Source: Thermodesulfobacteriota bacterium (lineage in GTDB: Bacteria; Desulfobacterota; WTBG01; JAGOGO01). Taken from it: a stretch of 32,000 nt of DNA. Of this stretch, positions 30,282 through 32,000 are shown in pieces (positions within the stretch are counted from its first letter, which is position 1; the number at the start of each line of letters is the position of its first letter). The position numbers and the translations under genes are program-made. The notes below the pieces were generated by a model. It did no database searches, was not told the origin of the DNA, and saw only the letters and a program-made list of their open reading frames with translations. The stretch is from assembly GCA_026625185.1 (NCBI GenBank), contig CP113000.1, positions 2,832,651 through 2,864,650 on the forward strand, in the 5' to 3' direction.

Positions 30282-32000
30282 ATGATTAAAAAAATTTTTT
30301 TTGAAGAAGTTCCTATCGAGAAACTCAGGTGGGAATGTCCTTTAGAGTATATCCCTTTTGAAAACTCAAACGAAATTGCACCGCTCACAGAAATCATCGG
30401 GCAAGATCGGGCGGTTGAAGCGATTAAGGTGGGATTATCCATAGATAGTGAAGGTTATAATATTTTTGTGACTGGCCTTTCCGGGGCCGACCGCATTCCC
30501 ACTATCCAGCAGTTGTTGGAGCAGACCAAAAAATCTGATGATGCGCCCCCTTCTGATATTTGCTGCGTGCACAATTTTAAGGACCCGGACTCCCCCCGGA
30601 TAATTTATCTACCCGCCGGAAAAGGCAATGATCTTAAAAAAGACGTGCGTGAATTCATAGAGTCTTTAAAAAAAGATATCCCCCAAATTTTTGAGAGTGA
30701 AGAATATAAAAACCGTAAAAAAGCCATCACCGAAAATTTTCGAGAAAAGCAAAAAGCAATAATCAAAGAGTTTGAAAAAAAAATAACGAGTGAAAATTTC
30801 TCTATTGTTCAGGTTCAAATGGGACCGTTCACCCGTCCGGTTATTTTTCCGATTGTTATGGGAAATCCGATGCCGCTGGAACAGGTTGAAGCACTGGTTG
30901 AAAAAGGCGAGTACCCGCGTGAGACGTATGAAAGAATGGCCCAAAAACTCTCTGATTTCACTTCAGAAATGGAAACCATATTTACTGAGCTGCAAAAAAG
31001 GGAAAAAGATTTTGAAGAAAAAATGAAGGCGCTCGATAAAGAGTTAGTATCACCCCTTCTCAATGAAGCGGAAGAGCTTATTAAGAAAAAATATCAGAAT
31101 GAAAAATTAAATCTCTACTTGTCCGAGATGATCGATGATATTTTAAACAATTTCACTTTTTTTATCCCCCGGCGGGAAAAAGAATCTCAGTTTCCCGCTC
31201 CCCCTACCCCTGACCTTTTTACTGAGTATCAAATCAACGTGCTGGTTGATAATTCTGAGACCAAAGGTACACCTATTATCATTGAAAGAAACCCTAATTA
31301 TCGAAACCTGTTTGGAGGAATCGAAAAAATCTTGGATCCACGGTACGGAGTATGGAGGACAGACTTTAGCCGGATTAAAGCCGGTTCGCTGCTTAAAGCT
31401 AATGGCGGTTATCTGGTTATGAATCTTCTCGATGCTGCAATAGAGCCGGGCGTTTGGCTTACTCTGAAAAGAGTTTTAAAGAACCGGAATGTGGAGGTTC
31501 AAAGTTTTGATCCTCTTTATCTTTTTAGCATGTCAACGTTAAAGCCGGAACCTATTGAAGTGAATATAAAGGTAGTGATGCTCGGTGACAACTATCTTTA
31601 TTACCTCCTCAATAACTATGATGATGATTTCAAGGATATTTTTAAAATTAAAGCGGACTTTGATACGGTGCTGAACAATGAAGAAAAAACCGTTAAACAA
31701 TATGCCTCATTTGTCAAAAAAATATGTGACGAAAAAAAAATAAGGCCTTTGGATAAAGGCGGAATCGCTGCAATAATTGAACATGGAGTGCGCCTTGCGG
31801 ACCGGCAAAAAAAAATTACCACTAAATTTTATAAATTAAGTGATGTCCTCAGTGAAGCAAACTACTGGGCAGACAATGATGGTTCTCCGATAATACAAAA
31901 CCATCATGTCGAAAAAGCTATTGAGCATCAAGAGTACCGGGTTAATTTGATCGAGAAAAAAATCCAGGAGATGATCGAAGATGGTCTTCTTATGATTGAT
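30282..32000 (+). CDS. Lon-family (LonC/LonB-like) protease with a degenerate P-loop, partial (runs off the right edge)
   Basis: Not in the ORF track because it is open at the edge. It reads MIKKIFFEEVPIEKLRWECPLEYIPFENSNEIAPLTEIIGQDRAVEAIKVGLSIDSEGYNIFVTGLSGADRIPTIQQLL...GGYLVMNLLD...VKVVMLGDNYLYYLL, and the frame stays open to 32000. Confidence 0.7.
   Translation, partial: MIKKIFFEEVPIEKLRWECPLEYIPFENSNEIAPLTEIIGQDRAVEAIKVGLSIDSEGYNIFVTGLSGADRIPTIQQLLEQTKKSDDAPPSDICCVHNFKDPDSPRIIYLPAGKGNDLKKDVREFIESLKKDIPQIFESEEYKNRKKAITENFREKQKAIIKEFEKKITSENFSIVQVQMGPFTRPVIFPIVMGNPMPLEQVEALVEKGEYPRETYERMAQKLSDFTSEMETIFTELQKREKDFEEKMKALDKELVSPLLNEAEELIKKKYQNEKLNLYLSEMIDDILNNFTFFIPRREKESQFPAPPTPDLFTEYQINVLVDNSETKGTPIIIERNPNYRNLFGGIEKILDPRYGVWRTDFSRIKAGSLLKANGGYLVMNLLDAAIEPGVWLTLKRVLKNRNVEVQSFDPLYLFSMSTLKPEPIEVNIKVVMLGDNYLYYLLNNYDDDFKDIFKIKADFDTVLNNEEKTVKQYASFVKKICDEKKIRPLDKGGIAAIIEHGVRLADRQKKITTKFYKLSDVLSEANYWADNDGSPIIQNHHVEKAIEHQEYRVNLIEKKIQEMIEDGLLMID

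Noticed and set aside
1-32000. CRISPR arrays, tRNA/rRNA genes, and transposase or integrase genes.
   Set aside because: I saw no regularly spaced direct repeats, no cloverleaf-like or rRNA-like conserved segments, and no recombinase-like ORFs in any frame.

Overview
This is a low-GC window that is almost entirely minus-strand coded. It looks like it comes from an anaerobic bacterium that uses selenocysteine; a Desulfobacterota-like origin is inference only.

Positions 1-17.9 kb form an arsenic / thiol-redox island, read right to left from arsR.
- arsR (ELCVCEL site) heads an operon with two TGA-containing selenoprotein candidates and a thioredoxin-fold remnant.
- Next come an ICMT-like methyltransferase, a frameshifted DGC-domain gene and arsM.
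- Then an ArsF/ArsG/ArsE-like thioredoxin + DsbD-like permease set, followed by a TGA-containing ArsD/YuzD-like gene.
- A tightly translationally coupled lipoyl module follows: GcvH-like, 2 DGC proteins, a 1-Cys OsmC-like protein, Lpd, LipA and a lipoate ligase/octanoyltransferase. It runs into acr3.
- The island ends with a thioredoxin + CcdA pair, a GC-rich three-gene insert (divergent RelA/SpoT-like nucleotidyltransferase), an AhpD-like protein, an ArsD-membrane fusion and a second CcdA-like gene at the left edge.

Positions 18-20.4 kb carry hemerythrin, ferritin-like and cspA stress genes. Positions 20.6-29.7 kb are a three-gene operon of very large membrane proteins: GT39-like, fused MFS/spermidine-synthase, and a 1357-aa internally duplicated protein. 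The right edge has hsp20 and a LonC-like protease, which is partial.

The most interesting signals are:
- the self-contained lipoyl-carrier/OsmC/DGC module inside an arsenic island;
- three in-frame TGA codons with good upstream ATG+SD, one with a textbook SECIS hairpin, which the ORF track splits or truncates;
- a ~60-80 bp inverted repeat pair bracketing the 10.8 kb acr3-to-methyltransferase block;
- two G9 tracts, and several single-nucleotide frame breaks at homopolymers.

The frame breaks may be assembly error rather than biology. I recognised no rRNA, tRNA, CRISPR array or transposase.
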